A stretch of DNA of 63,962 nucleotides, the filler included, from Barthelona sp. PAP020 (taxonomy: Eukaryota): assembly GCA_040182905.1 (NCBI GenBank). It is 4 parts of 4 records of this genome, joined end to end, with 100 filler letters (N's around TTAATTAATTAA, not from the genome) between each part and the next. Parts side by side here need not be neighbours in the genome. Positions count along the whole stretch, not along the records: positions 1 to 16,426 come from JARQWU010000260.1; positions 16,527 to 32,931 come from JARQWU010000261.1; 2 more parts are not named here. One strand, 5' to 3'. Position 1 is the stretch's first letter. Each line of letters opens with the position of its first letter. Both the position numbers and the translations under genes were made by a program. This document shows, piece after piece, positions 10,228 through 19,834 of the stretch. The notes below the pieces were generated by a model, which was given only the letters and a program-made list of their open reading frames with translations, was not told where the DNA came from and did no database searches.

Positions 10228-11622
10228 ATGCAATCAATTGATGATTCAACTTCTTTAAAGAACAAAAAAGATGAAATAAGCTTATTTGCAGGTTTTTATG
10301 ATAGTTATAGTTCTCGAAGAAATATTGATAGTTTGACTGAATTATTTGCATTAAATGAAGATAAACATTCAGATAATATAAATGTTATTCAGAGTCCTAT
10401 TGAAAATAATATCACCAATTTTGACCATGACTCAATGACGAAAAAGAGTAATAATGATAATATCACAACTTCTATAAGTGGTTTTGAGCCTTTTGACAGT
10501 AATTTTTTTGAAGTTTCGGACTTTATTGATAGTATATCTTTCTTTTTTGATCCGAATCAAAAACTTCAAGAAAATTTTGAAGAAAAAGAATGTTTAATTA
10601 AAAAATTAGATGGTTCATACGATTTTTATTCATTTCCATTCAATATTTCGGAAGAAAACTTTCCAACAACTTCATTTGCTGATTATGAATCTTTGGAAAA
10701 GGTTGTTGAATTGGAAAATGTTTGCACAGTTTTTGTTGAGAAAGAATCAAAAGTTAAACCTGAATTAACAAACAAATATTTGAGGCATCCACAAAAAGCA
10801 GGCAGAATCCCCAAAAGCATTTCCAAAAAATCAGGTAAAAATAATGAGTTACTTGATATTTTAGAAGATATTAATCTTTATTGTGAATTTCCCTCACCTT
10901 TACCGGGTTGTGAGAGAGAAGACACATTATCTACAACTTCACACCCAAAAATTGAAAATATTGCTGAAATTGAAAATGTTGATTTAAAAAAGGAGGTGGA
11001 AGATGAACATGAATCTCCATTTATTGCAGGCCAAGCAGAAATTTACTATTTTGATGGAAAAGAGGTTTCTGTCGTTCCAAAACATCCATCTCATTATCTT
11101 TTAGAAGAGCGATATTTCACCAAAACAAAATTTCTTCAATTTCGAAGATATTGTTTGGAAGATCGAGTGGCTAACGGACCCAAACATTCAACACAGTTTC
11201 GTACACTTTTTCGTTTCTATTCTTATTTCCTCAGGAGGAAATTTTTGCCTTCGTTATATGTCGATTTTGTCAATTTGGCTGTCAAAGATTATGCTCATTT
11301 CAACTATGGTTTTGAATGTTTGATGAGGTTTTACAGTTATTCACTGGAAAAGAAGTATAATAGGCTGTTGTTCAATGACTTCATGGCGCATGTGTTGTTT
11401 GATGTACAACATGGGTCTTTATATGCTTTGGAAAAGTTTGTTACCTTTTTGAAATACAGGACATATCCTCAAAAACTCAATATTCCATTTAGACTTCAAC
11501 AATGGTTGAATAGATATCCTACACTAGAAAGTTTTGAAGAAGAAAGAAGACTTAAAAAAGGAGAAAATCAGTCCAAAAAAAAATCCAAAAAAATAAAACC
11601 CAAATCTTTTTTCAGGCAATAA
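10228..11622 (+). CDS. LARP1: LARP1-like protein with DM15 repeats
   Basis: HPSHYLLEE...TLFRFYSYFLR...YGFECLMRFYSYSLEKK...LYALEKFVTFLKY is the DM15 region. Confidence 0.85.
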   Translation: MQSIDDSTSLKNKKDEISLFAGFYDSYSSRRNIDSLTELFALNEDKHSDNINVIQSPIENNITNFDHDSMTKKSNNDNITTSISGFEPFDSNFFEVSDFIDSISFFFDPNQKLQENFEEKECLIKKLDGSYDFYSFPFNISEENFPTTSFADYESLEKVVELENVCTVFVEKESKVKPELTNKYLRHPQKAGRIPKSISKKSGKNNELLDILEDINLYCEFPSPLPGCEREDTLSTTSHPKIENIAEIENVDLKKEVEDEHESPFIAGQAEIYYFDGKEVSVVPKHPSHYLLEERYFTKTKFLQFRRYCLEDRVANGPKHSTQFRTLFRFYSYFLRRKFLPSLYVDFVNLAVKDYAHFNYGFECLMRFYSYSLEKKYNRLLFNDFMAHVLFDVQHGSLYALEKFVTFLKYRTYPQKLNIPFRLQQWLNRYPTLESFEEERRLKKGENQSKKKSKKIKPKSFFRQ

Positions 11623-11896
11623 ATTCATTTTTTATTGAAAAATAAGTGTGAAAATTGATTTTTGTGATATAAGAGTTATGTTTCATTCATACTTTTGAAA
11701 ATTCCTTTGTCATGCCTCGATTTTTTGTTAATAGTTAATTTTTATAAATAGTTTTTCATTTATCATCATTCATTTTTTATTTTTTTAATTTAATTCATAA
11801 TAAAGGAAAACAAATTTGACAAATAAAAAGAAAAGAAAAGTTTGAATATTGAGTGATAGAATTTAACTACTCATTTAATCAATATATTTTCCCTTT

Positions 11897-14167
11897 ATGG
11901 TACGACATGATGAAAATAACGGAACTGAAACAGCGAATATTAAAGTATTTTGTCGAATAAAGCCAAATCCAAGTGGAGATTATCCGTTTTCGATAATAAG
12001 AGAAGATCAAGCCATTGAATTTGAGTTAAACACTGGAATTAATTTACGAACTAATGAAGATCTATTGCAAATACGAAAATTCAACTTTGATCGAGTTTTT
12101 GATGAAACAGCAAAACAAGATGAGGTTTTTGAAAGATTAGGAAGACCTTTTTTAAACAAATTTATTCAAGGTTATAATTGTACTGTATTTGCATATGGTC
12201 AATCAGGTTCGGGAAAGACTCACTCTATTTCGTATCCACCTGATGCTGAAAATCAAGAAGATGTTGGTTTGGTTCCCAGATGTATAGAAGCTTTATTTGA
12301 ACATATTAATCAATCTGAAGTGTACAATGAATATGAAGTGAAATGTAGTTATGTTCAATTGTACAGAGATAAGGCCTATGATTTATTATCTATGAAGTTT
12401 GCTCCAACACAAAGGTTGTATTCAGCAGATATTGAGGAATTCAACAAATTACATTTGGTTATGGGTGAGAAAGATGAGTTTGTATTTTCTGGGTTAAACA
12501 TTAAGACATGTAAATCAAGGACAGATGCCTTAGAGAATCATATGACTGGTGAAATGAATCGAGTTTTTGCAGATACCCCTTTGAATGAGACATCTACTCG
12601 TTCACATTGTATTTTTACCATTTATTTGAAGCGTCGATTGCCTGATTCACACAAATTTATCAGTTCTAAGTTCCATATTGTAGATTTAGCAGGTTCTGAA
12701 CGAGTGTGGAAATCCAATATCGATGGACAAACCCTCGAAGAGGCGAAATACATTAACAGTTCTTTGTTCTTTTTGAATAAAGTAATTCAGGATTTGAATG
12801 AAAACCCTAGTGCTCCCCAATTCAGAAATTCAAAATTAACTATGTTTTTAAAAGATTCTCTTGGAGGAAATTCACATACTGCTATGCTTGCAACCCTATC
12901 TGGACACAGAAGACATACAATGGAAAGCGTTTCTACTTGTAAGTTTGCTTTGTCTGTTTCAGCTATTTCCAACTCTGCACAGATCACTGAAGTTACAGAT
13001 AAGAATGAGTTGATTAAAATGTTGCGAAAGCAGCTAAAAGAATTGAAGAAAGAGAATAATCTTTTGAGAAACAAGTATGGTGTGAACGAGGAGAGGGGTC
13101 CTATAACTGATTCTGAGAAAGACAAGGATTTATTCCAAGGTCGTACAGTAACTGCAACATCAAATCAGAATGTTGTTGTCAAACAAGCTCCAAATGTTGA
13201 TACGAATCTGCTTGAACTTCAAACCTTGTTAGAACAAAGAGATAATGAAATCGATATAGTCTGTAGTATGAACCGAGAACAAGAGAGGGTCATTAATGAT
13301 TTAAGGTTGGAAATACAACAACTTAAGAGCCAATATAATATTTCTCAGGAGTCCAAAGATCAATACAAACATACTAAAAATAATGTTGAAGTTTCACAAG
13401 ATTTAAGCAAGGTCCCACAAGATTTTGGTGAAGCTTTTGATTTTGCAAAAGATCTTGATGTGAATAAAGGATTGGAAAAGAAGATAGCTTTATTAAATGA
13501 TGAAGAACAAAGCAAAAAGATGTTTTACAAATTGTACATCCATTTCCAAGAACGTCAAGATCTTGCAGGCAGAGTGAAAGAAATGATTGTTGAAATAAAG
13601 AAAACAAAAGAAGCTTTTTTACGAAGCAAAGAAGAAATGGAGATAAGTACATCAAATTACAACGAATTACAACGCACTTATGCAGAGATGCATAAACAAG
13701 GAAAAAATCCAGATTATACTCAAGAAGAACACTTCAAAAGAGTCATGCAAGAATCGAAAGGAAAGTACTCTCATGATTTGCTTAGTCTGAAAAATTTGAA
13801 GAGCACCTACGAAAATGTTCATAAAACTTTGAAAACATTTGATGAGCAGATGAATCAACATTTCATTGAATGGTTAAAACGTCAGAAGTTAAGATTGCAG
13901 GATGCCATTGAAAATAAAAGAAATCGTAGTTATGACTTCGTGTATCAGGAAAGAGATGTTGTGGATACTTCAATTGGAATGGAATCTAATCCCAGGAAGA
14001 CTTTAAAAACACCTTTAAGTCACAGAAAACTGTTTGATGATTCGAAAGAAGTTGTTTTTAAAGATAACATGGCATTTAAACCAGAAATTGGAAAGTTAGA
14101 TGCAAATAGTCAGGAAATCATTGCAAAATTATATAAAAACATGGGTGATTTGCTTGGAAAAACATGA
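11897..14167 (+). CDS. KIF6: Kinesin-9 family motor, KIF6-like paralog, 756 aa
   Basis: Motor and neck nearly identical to 619-3096; diverged but alignable tail; 36-aa internal deletion. Confidence 0.9.
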   Translation: MVRHDENNGTETANIKVFCRIKPNPSGDYPFSIIREDQAIEFELNTGINLRTNEDLLQIRKFNFDRVFDETAKQDEVFERLGRPFLNKFIQGYNCTVFAYGQSGSGKTHSISYPPDAENQEDVGLVPRCIEALFEHINQSEVYNEYEVKCSYVQLYRDKAYDLLSMKFAPTQRLYSADIEEFNKLHLVMGEKDEFVFSGLNIKTCKSRTDALENHMTGEMNRVFADTPLNETSTRSHCIFTIYLKRRLPDSHKFISSKFHIVDLAGSERVWKSNIDGQTLEEAKYINSSLFFLNKVIQDLNENPSAPQFRNSKLTMFLKDSLGGNSHTAMLATLSGHRRHTMESVSTCKFALSVSAISNSAQITEVTDKNELIKMLRKQLKELKKENNLLRNKYGVNEERGPITDSEKDKDLFQGRTVTATSNQNVVVKQAPNVDTNLLELQTLLEQRDNEIDIVCSMNREQERVINDLRLEIQQLKSQYNISQESKDQYKHTKNNVEVSQDLSKVPQDFGEAFDFAKDLDVNKGLEKKIALLNDEEQSKKMFYKLYIHFQERQDLAGRVKEMIVEIKKTKEAFLRSKEEMEISTSNYNELQRTYAEMHKQGKNPDYTQEEHFKRVMQESKGKYSHDLLSLKNLKSTYENVHKTLKTFDEQMNQHFIEWLKRQKLRLQDAIENKRNRSYDFVYQERDVVDTSIGMESNPRKTLKTPLSHRKLFDDSKEVVFKDNMAFKPEIGKLDANSQEIIAKLYKNMGDLLGKT

Positions 14168-14459
14168 TAGTCTTTTTGTCAGTTATTTTGTCAAATTATT
14201 GGCTTTCAGTGCAATTTTATAGTTAATCTGTACCTTTTCTTTAGTTTTCTTCCTTTATTTTTTTGTTGTCTGTTGTTTTTAGTCACTGTATTGTTGATTG
14301 TTCCAATTCTTCGTTGATATAAAGTCAATATTTTTTTTGTCAGTTTTTATACAAACAATTGTTGTTTTTTGTTGTAATTATCATCACTATTTTTTTTTTG
14401 AATTTTCCGTTGCAGTTGCGAAAAGGAAATAAGAGTTGTTTGCAAGGCGATTAATTTTA

Positions 14460-14980
14460 GCAGATCGAAATTTTCTGTTCTTCCTTCTTTCCTTGAATAG
14501 GAAACTTTACCATCAACTTCTCCAAAATTTTTGACCTTTTACAAATGAGCCGTAAGAAACCTTGTACATTTAGGATAAATAACTGGAATATCAGAGCCTT
14601 TGTGGCTCTTTTAAACAATTAGTACCGCAAAGAATTTCACATACCACATAGGACAGTTCTCTTCGCTGGACAATCTATAAAATAGAAGAGTTAAGACTGT
14701 GAGGTTCCTGAAAGGAACGTTGGACCCCCAATATGAAAAAAGATAAAGGTTTATTATTTAAAATCACCTGAGGCACCTGTTCTCAAGCTTGAAAAGTTTT
14801 GGAAAACGCTTGTATAAAGGAAAAATAATAAATTGTAAAGATTTTCCAAACATTTTCACAAATAAGACATGGATGACCCACGCAAAAGATATTAGATGAG
14901 AATGAATGTCATATAAGAAGTCAGTCAAAAGTACAGAAAAGTCGAGAAGTTAATCTTGAATACATAAGATGAAGTGAGCT
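14460..14980 (-). repeat. Decayed interspersed repeat, family A (copy 2)
   Basis: 14468-14865 aligns with 23007-23405 (shared aaatttttgacct, caattagta, gaggttcc, ggaacgttggac); 14871-14980 aligns with 49121-49220. Strand is given relative to copy 1. Confidence 0.7.
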
Positions 14981-15468
14981 CCTAACCTTCTTACTTCAAT
15001 AAGTTTTGAGTTTAATCCTCGTGGTCACATTCTTTTTTTTTTTGGCAGATAACGTCCCAGAATCCTCATTCTTGAAATTTCCTAATAATCGTACATCCCA
15101 ACGTAATGGGTCAATTTAAAAAAATAAAAGTCTTTTAATTTTTTATGAAAGAACATGATAATCTCATTAAACAATTACCAACACCAAATCCACACAACAC
15201 ATAGGAGAAAATGACCTTAATTCAACAATATAACCCCTTAATCACCCGAATAGGTTGTATAGCTCATAGTTTAGTAAATATTAATGAAAGCGCAGTTTAT
15301 TTAAATCTAAAAACAAAACAACTACACGCAATGAATATTTGTTAACATCATTCATTGACATGAAGTGAATATTTGCAATTTGAATTTTGAAAATTTTTTG
15401 AAAATTTCAAGTCAATTCCCTGATTTCCATTTTATTTCCATTTCATTTCTTTTTTTTACTAGTTTATT

Positions 15469-16426
15469 ATGTCTGTTGAATCAAGTGGTGAAATAGGAGA
15501 TTTTATACGTGGTTTATTTCCTCTAAAGATAGATGAAAATAGTGTGGGTGAAATTGCAAATGTGATTTCTAATTTTTCGTTTGACAGTGAATACTTGCCA
15601 AATTGCAAACAATTGGTTGTTGGTAGTTATGAAGCTGTTCATGTTATTGATGTAGCAACTGGAATATTGAATCGTATGTTGAAAGAGCATAAAGGCGATG
15701 TTTATGGTATTGCCATTTCCCCAAATGGGCAGAAGTTGACAACATGTTCCGATGATAAGTCTATCATTGTATACAGCCTGCCAGATTTCTCCATCTTGTG
15801 TAGATTGAATGGTGAAACTTATATTTATGGAATTTGTTTTTCTTCTTGTTCAAATTATGTATACTATGGTGATCACAATGGAATTCTTACGAAAAGTGAC
15901 ATAAATAATGGGAGAATAGTCTTGGAAAAGAGAATTCACGATAAGAGTATTTTGAAAGTGAAACTATCAACAACTGGTAAATATCTTTTGACTGGAGGTG
16001 ATGATGGTATTGTCAAGTTGATTGACCCAGATGATTTGTCTGTTATTCGTACATTCAATCAAGGTAGCGTAATTAGAGCTATTGATTTCCACCCAACTGA
16101 AACAATGATTGCTGTTGGTGATCATTCAACCAAAGTCAAACTCTGGAACATAGACCACGGATCACTCATTCATACATTTGATATGGGTGGTGAAGTATGG
16201 TGTCTTCATTTTTTATCACCCGATATCTTGCTTACTATGTCTGGTGATGGATATATTACCTCATTCAATGTTGAAACCCATCAGCAAATTCAGAAGGTGC
16301 ATTGTGCTTGTGAAGCTCAGTATTTTTCCTTTGCTATATCCCCCGATAAGAGACAAATAGCGTGTGGAAGATGTTCAAATAACACAATAAAATTGTTTGA
16401 CATCATTCCTGACATCTCAAATCTCG
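15469..16426 (+). CDS. WD40 beta-propeller protein, 3'-truncated by contig end; paralog of the N-terminus of 39566-44218
   Basis: WD repeats (EHKGDVYGIAISPNGQKLTTCSDDKSIIVY; IDFHP...VKLWN); collinear similarity to 39566-44218; ORF runs into the spacer. Confidence 0.85.
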
Positions 16427-16526
16427 NNNNNNNNNNNNNNNNNNNNNNNNNNNNNNNNNNNNNNNNNNNNTTAATTAATTAANNNNNNNNNNNNNNNNNN
16501 NNNNNNNNNNNNNNNNNNNNNNNNNN
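16427..16526. other. Artificial contig spacer
   Basis: 44 N + TTAATTAATTAA (stops in all six frames) + 44 N = 100 nt. Confidence 0.97.
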
Positions 16527-16674
16527 CCGAAATTCTCCTACTTGATCGTTCAAATTACATTTCAGTCCCTCAATTCCCCTCCTGGGATTTTGACTGAAAT
16601 TTGCTAGAATGAGTTTTCTGAGTTTACTTTCTTTGTAAGTAAATATAGTTGTTTCACAACTGGACCAATTTTTT
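16527..16674. repeat. Young repeat (family B) at the left end of contig 2
   Basis: 16633-16674 is the reverse complement of 32890-32931 at 41/42 identity; both copies lie at contig breaks. Confidence 0.7.
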
Positions 16675-16747
16675 GCAGATAATTTTCTAGAATTTTTTCC
16701 AAAATTTTCTCTCCATCTTATACTCCAATTTAATGGGGCCACGCAGG

Positions 16748-16775
16748 GGCAGCAAAGAGCCGCGCTCTGGCTGCC
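16748..16775. other. GC-rich stem-loop
   Basis: GGCAGC-aa-AGAGC-cgc-GCTCT-g-GCTGCC; 11 bp paired within a small GC island (16735-16780). Confidence 0.75.
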
Positions 16776-16875
16776 AACGTAAAAAATAAAAGTCTTTTAA
16801 ATTTATGAAATAACACAAATGTAAACTTACTACACATTAGAAAAGAGATATTTTTTCATGAATAACAAAAATTAA

Positions 16876-17757
16876 TTACAAAAATAACATTGAACGAAGC
16901 AAGAAAGCACTCAACATTAACAAAATAACCACAATAGCCACGATAATGATACAACACCTTGCTTTTTGAGCTTTTTTGGTATTTTCAATTGCATTTTGAA
17001 TATGTTCATTAGCTTTGACTACATATTTAAAAGTAGATTCAATACTTTCTTCAATAGACCCAATCATATCAGTTTCTTCATCAATAAGGGTTCTTAATTG
17101 CAACTGAAGGTTCATCATAGTTTGCATATTCTTTTCAATACGTTGAAATTGTTCATGCCTAGACCTTACAATATTATAGGTCCCAACAGCTTGTTGCATT
17201 TCAGAATTCATTTTTGTTTGTAACATTTCGTCAAAATTAGTAGCCAAAATCTCGTTAATCTCATCATCTGTAGCATGGAAAGATACGGTTTGTCTGTACT
17301 TTCTTGAAAAATCCTCTTTTAAAGCAGCTTGATGAAAACTTTCATTTTGTTGATATTTAGACACTACATCACGAAATTCCTTAACCAAAGTTTCATATTT
17401 TGTATTTCTAATGACACATACGGCAGTTGGTTCTGAATTTCCTTGATATTCTTTATTAGCTTGTTGAATATGATCCAAAGAACCTTGAATAATTTTAATT
17501 TGTGAAGTGATTTTATCATTTAATTCAGATAATTCCTCTGTATTTTGAGTCAATTGATCACTAGTAATCGAAGCACGAATACTGTCTGTTAATGCAGGAA
17601 TATCATCAATTAAAGGTTTTAAATCACGAATCATTCCAGAAATAGTGTCAATTGTTTCAAAAAACATATTCAATTCAGGATCTTGTTCAGGTTCAACAGA
17701 AGCATCAGGTTCTTCAATAACTAAATCACCAAATAATGAGTTGAATCGATCACTCAT
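16876..17757 (-). CDS. Syntaxin (Qa-SNARE, plasma-membrane Stx1-like)
   Basis: MSDR N-peptide, Habc helices, SNARE motif VRSRHEQFQRIEKNM..., KARCC followed by a C-terminal TM. Confidence 0.88.
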   Translation of the reverse strand: MSDRFNSLFGDLVIEEPDASVEPEQDPELNMFFETIDTISGMIRDLKPLIDDIPALTDSIRASITSDQLTQNTEELSELNDKITSQIKIIQGSLDHIQQANKEYQGNSEPTAVCVIRNTKYETLVKEFRDVVSKYQQNESFHQAALKEDFSRKYRQTVSFHATDDEINEILATNFDEMLQTKMNSEMQQAVGTYNIVRSRHEQFQRIEKNMQTMMNLQLQLRTLIDEETDMIGSIEESIESTFKYVVKANEHIQNAIENTKKAQKARCCIIIVAIVVILLMLSAFLLRSMLFL

Positions 17758-17984
17758 GGTATAATCTATCCAAAAGAAAAAAAAGGAAAATTAAAAAAAT
17801 TTTATTTTTTTTTCATCCAAGGTTAAAGAACTGAATTCAATATTCCATTCATGAAATCAAAACTGTTATAAAGTGATAAATTTATGTCAGGAATTGTGAA
17901 ACAATATAAAAGTTTATTCTTGTTTCCCATGGTTGTTTGCCTTTTTTTTCTGTGTATTTTTTTTTTCAATTATTTTCATATTAT

Positions 17985-19436
17985 ATGTTTTCTAATTTAT
18001 TATCTGGCAAAGGATTTGATGTTTTGGCGTTGCCACCAATATGGAATCGTTTAATTAACGAAATGAAAACTTTTTCGAATCCTGATCAAAAACTTAGTCA
18101 TTTACGGGAATTTTTAAAGTGCAATCAACTTGAAGAGAGTGATAATTATGGACTTGTTCCTGCAATTTTTAGACAATTTCCTCGTGGTTATCGTTTGTAT
18201 GTGATTAATATTTTTTCAATTTTATGTAATTTTTCCAAAGATATGTTTGAAAAATTTTTGAATGATCTTACTGATAATGAAAAGGCGTATGCTTTATGTT
18301 TTTATTCACGTTGTTCTCCATTTTTCAATCAAAAAATTTTACTTGATTTAGCCTCAAAATTACCACATAGATTACGTGCTTTTGTGAGATTACAACCAAT
18401 TGGACAAGGTTATTTGGGGATGGAACCTGGTTATTTATTTAGTCAAATAGAGAAATGGAACAAAAAAATCAAGACAATAAATGATTTACATAGCATAATT
18501 AATGACATCTGCTTGTATGGATTACGGGAGAAAATTGACGATTTAGACTTATTTTTAATCTTGTCCATCAGTATTTGGACTCAATCTATTTTAACTCCTT
18601 TTGAAGTAGGTGGATACTTTGTTGCAAAATTATGGCCAATAATTGATGATTGCATGATTCTTGCGATGAGTGTTGCTTTGACCAAGGAAGAGTATTTTGC
18701 AAATTTTATTTTAATGGCATTACCGGTTGTTTCTAATATGAATGTTATTGAGAGATATGATTCATTGGCTAGGCAGATAACACCCATGGATCCAGAAGTT
18801 ATTCCAAAGCAATTACCTATACCTTTCCAAAAAATGATGATTCAAGGGTTTTCCTATAACACAATTCCTAATCTTAATGAAAAAATGCCTCAAATGATGA
18901 ATGGTCAATCTATGTATCCTTCAGTAAATAATACTGGAGATACTGGTTATAGACCTTGGCAGCCTCAATTACCTGCATCGAAGAAAACAACCCTTGGAAC
19001 AATTGAATCTACTTTATCTGAGACTTCTCAAACTATTCAAAGTTCAATCAATTCCTTTGTTGGCGGACTTTTTAAAAATAAACCCAAGGAATCAAAGGGA
19101 AAAAGAGTTCCAACAGGTGATTTTGAGCCAATTTATCATTCTGATTTTGTTCATTTGGTTAATCCTGATAATTCTTTTGCTCGAGTTTATTTATGTGCTT
19201 TAGGAAGACATATTGCATGGTCTTTGAACCAAAATAGCCCAATTATTGGTCAATTACAAGTTATTCCAGGATGTCAATGTTTTATTGCAGATGAAAATTT
19301 GAAAAGAGCTTCTGGTTTTGGTTCTTTCTCTTATTGTGTTGCGGTGTTATCTGTTGAAGGACAAAGTTATGTTTTTGGTGTTTCTGACAAAAATGAAGCT
19401 GATAAATGGATACAAGCTATTTCAAATCAAATATAA
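17985..19436 (+). CDS. Protein with C-terminal PH domain
   Basis: Ends ...GQSYVFGVSDKNEADKWIQAI (PH terminal helix with Trp); first ATG at 17985. Confidence 0.7.
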   Translation: MFSNLLSGKGFDVLALPPIWNRLINEMKTFSNPDQKLSHLREFLKCNQLEESDNYGLVPAIFRQFPRGYRLYVINIFSILCNFSKDMFEKFLNDLTDNEKAYALCFYSRCSPFFNQKILLDLASKLPHRLRAFVRLQPIGQGYLGMEPGYLFSQIEKWNKKIKTINDLHSIINDICLYGLREKIDDLDLFLILSISIWTQSILTPFEVGGYFVAKLWPIIDDCMILAMSVALTKEEYFANFILMALPVVSNMNVIERYDSLARQITPMDPEVIPKQLPIPFQKMMIQGFSYNTIPNLNEKMPQMMNGQSMYPSVNNTGDTGYRPWQPQLPASKKTTLGTIESTLSETSQTIQSSINSFVGGLFKNKPKESKGKRVPTGDFEPIYHSDFVHLVNPDNSFARVYLCALGRHIAWSLNQNSPIIGQLQVIPGCQCFIADENLKRASGFGSFSYCVAVLSVEGQSYVFGVSDKNEADKWIQAISNQI

Positions 19437-19834
19437 GTGCATTTGTACTATTATTGTTGTTGTATTTTTCATATTTCGTGATAGAATACTGTGTAAATCT
19501 TTTCTTTTTTTTTGTACATATATATTTTTCCATTTGTTCAACAAGAAGCATGTTTCAAAAACAAACTGAAGAACGTCTATTTGTTTTAAAGCATTCTAAT
19601 TCAACTTTACACTTCAAAATAATGCATAAAAAAAAAAAAGCAAAAAAAGAAACAAAAGTATACGTTTATAGCACCGTGCACATTCATAGAATATGCAAAA
19701 TATGTTAAGAACAAATCAAACATTAAAAAACATTGATAAACATTGAAAAACATGAATAAATAAGATTATAGAAGGGACTAAATGATATAAATAACAATTC
19801 CAAATTTTATAACTTTTAAATTTGAAAAAGAAAG

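Noticed and set aside
619..14170. Tandem stop codons (TAA TAA, TAG TAA, TAG TGA, TGA TAG) as a sign of readthrough or a variant code
   Set aside because: All three stops end conserved genes at the expected positions, no in-frame stops occur in conserved domains, and tandem stops are expected in AT-rich DNA.
14546..14623. FRINNWNIRAF as an APE-endonuclease motif of a LINE
   Set aside because: Not conserved in the 23.1-kb copy (MNFKNIGA), followed by stops, and on the opposite strand to the other relic motifs.
16471..16482. TTAATTAATTAA palindrome recurring about every 16.5 kb
   Set aside because: Synthetic six-frame-stop spacer inside N runs; not biological.
15119..16800. 20-bp direct repeat aaaaaataaaagtcttttaa (15119-15138 and 16781-16800) as a target-site duplication around the WD40 gene
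   Set aside because: The two copies are on different concatenated contigs and are very AT-rich, so they cannot be a TSD.
16740..16860. U2 snRNA suggested by GTGTAGTA on the minus strand upstream of the GC hairpin
   Set aside because: No stem I, GAUC or stem IIa context; it lies in the syntaxin 3' flank. An HDV-like ribozyme fold also failed (no P3/L3).
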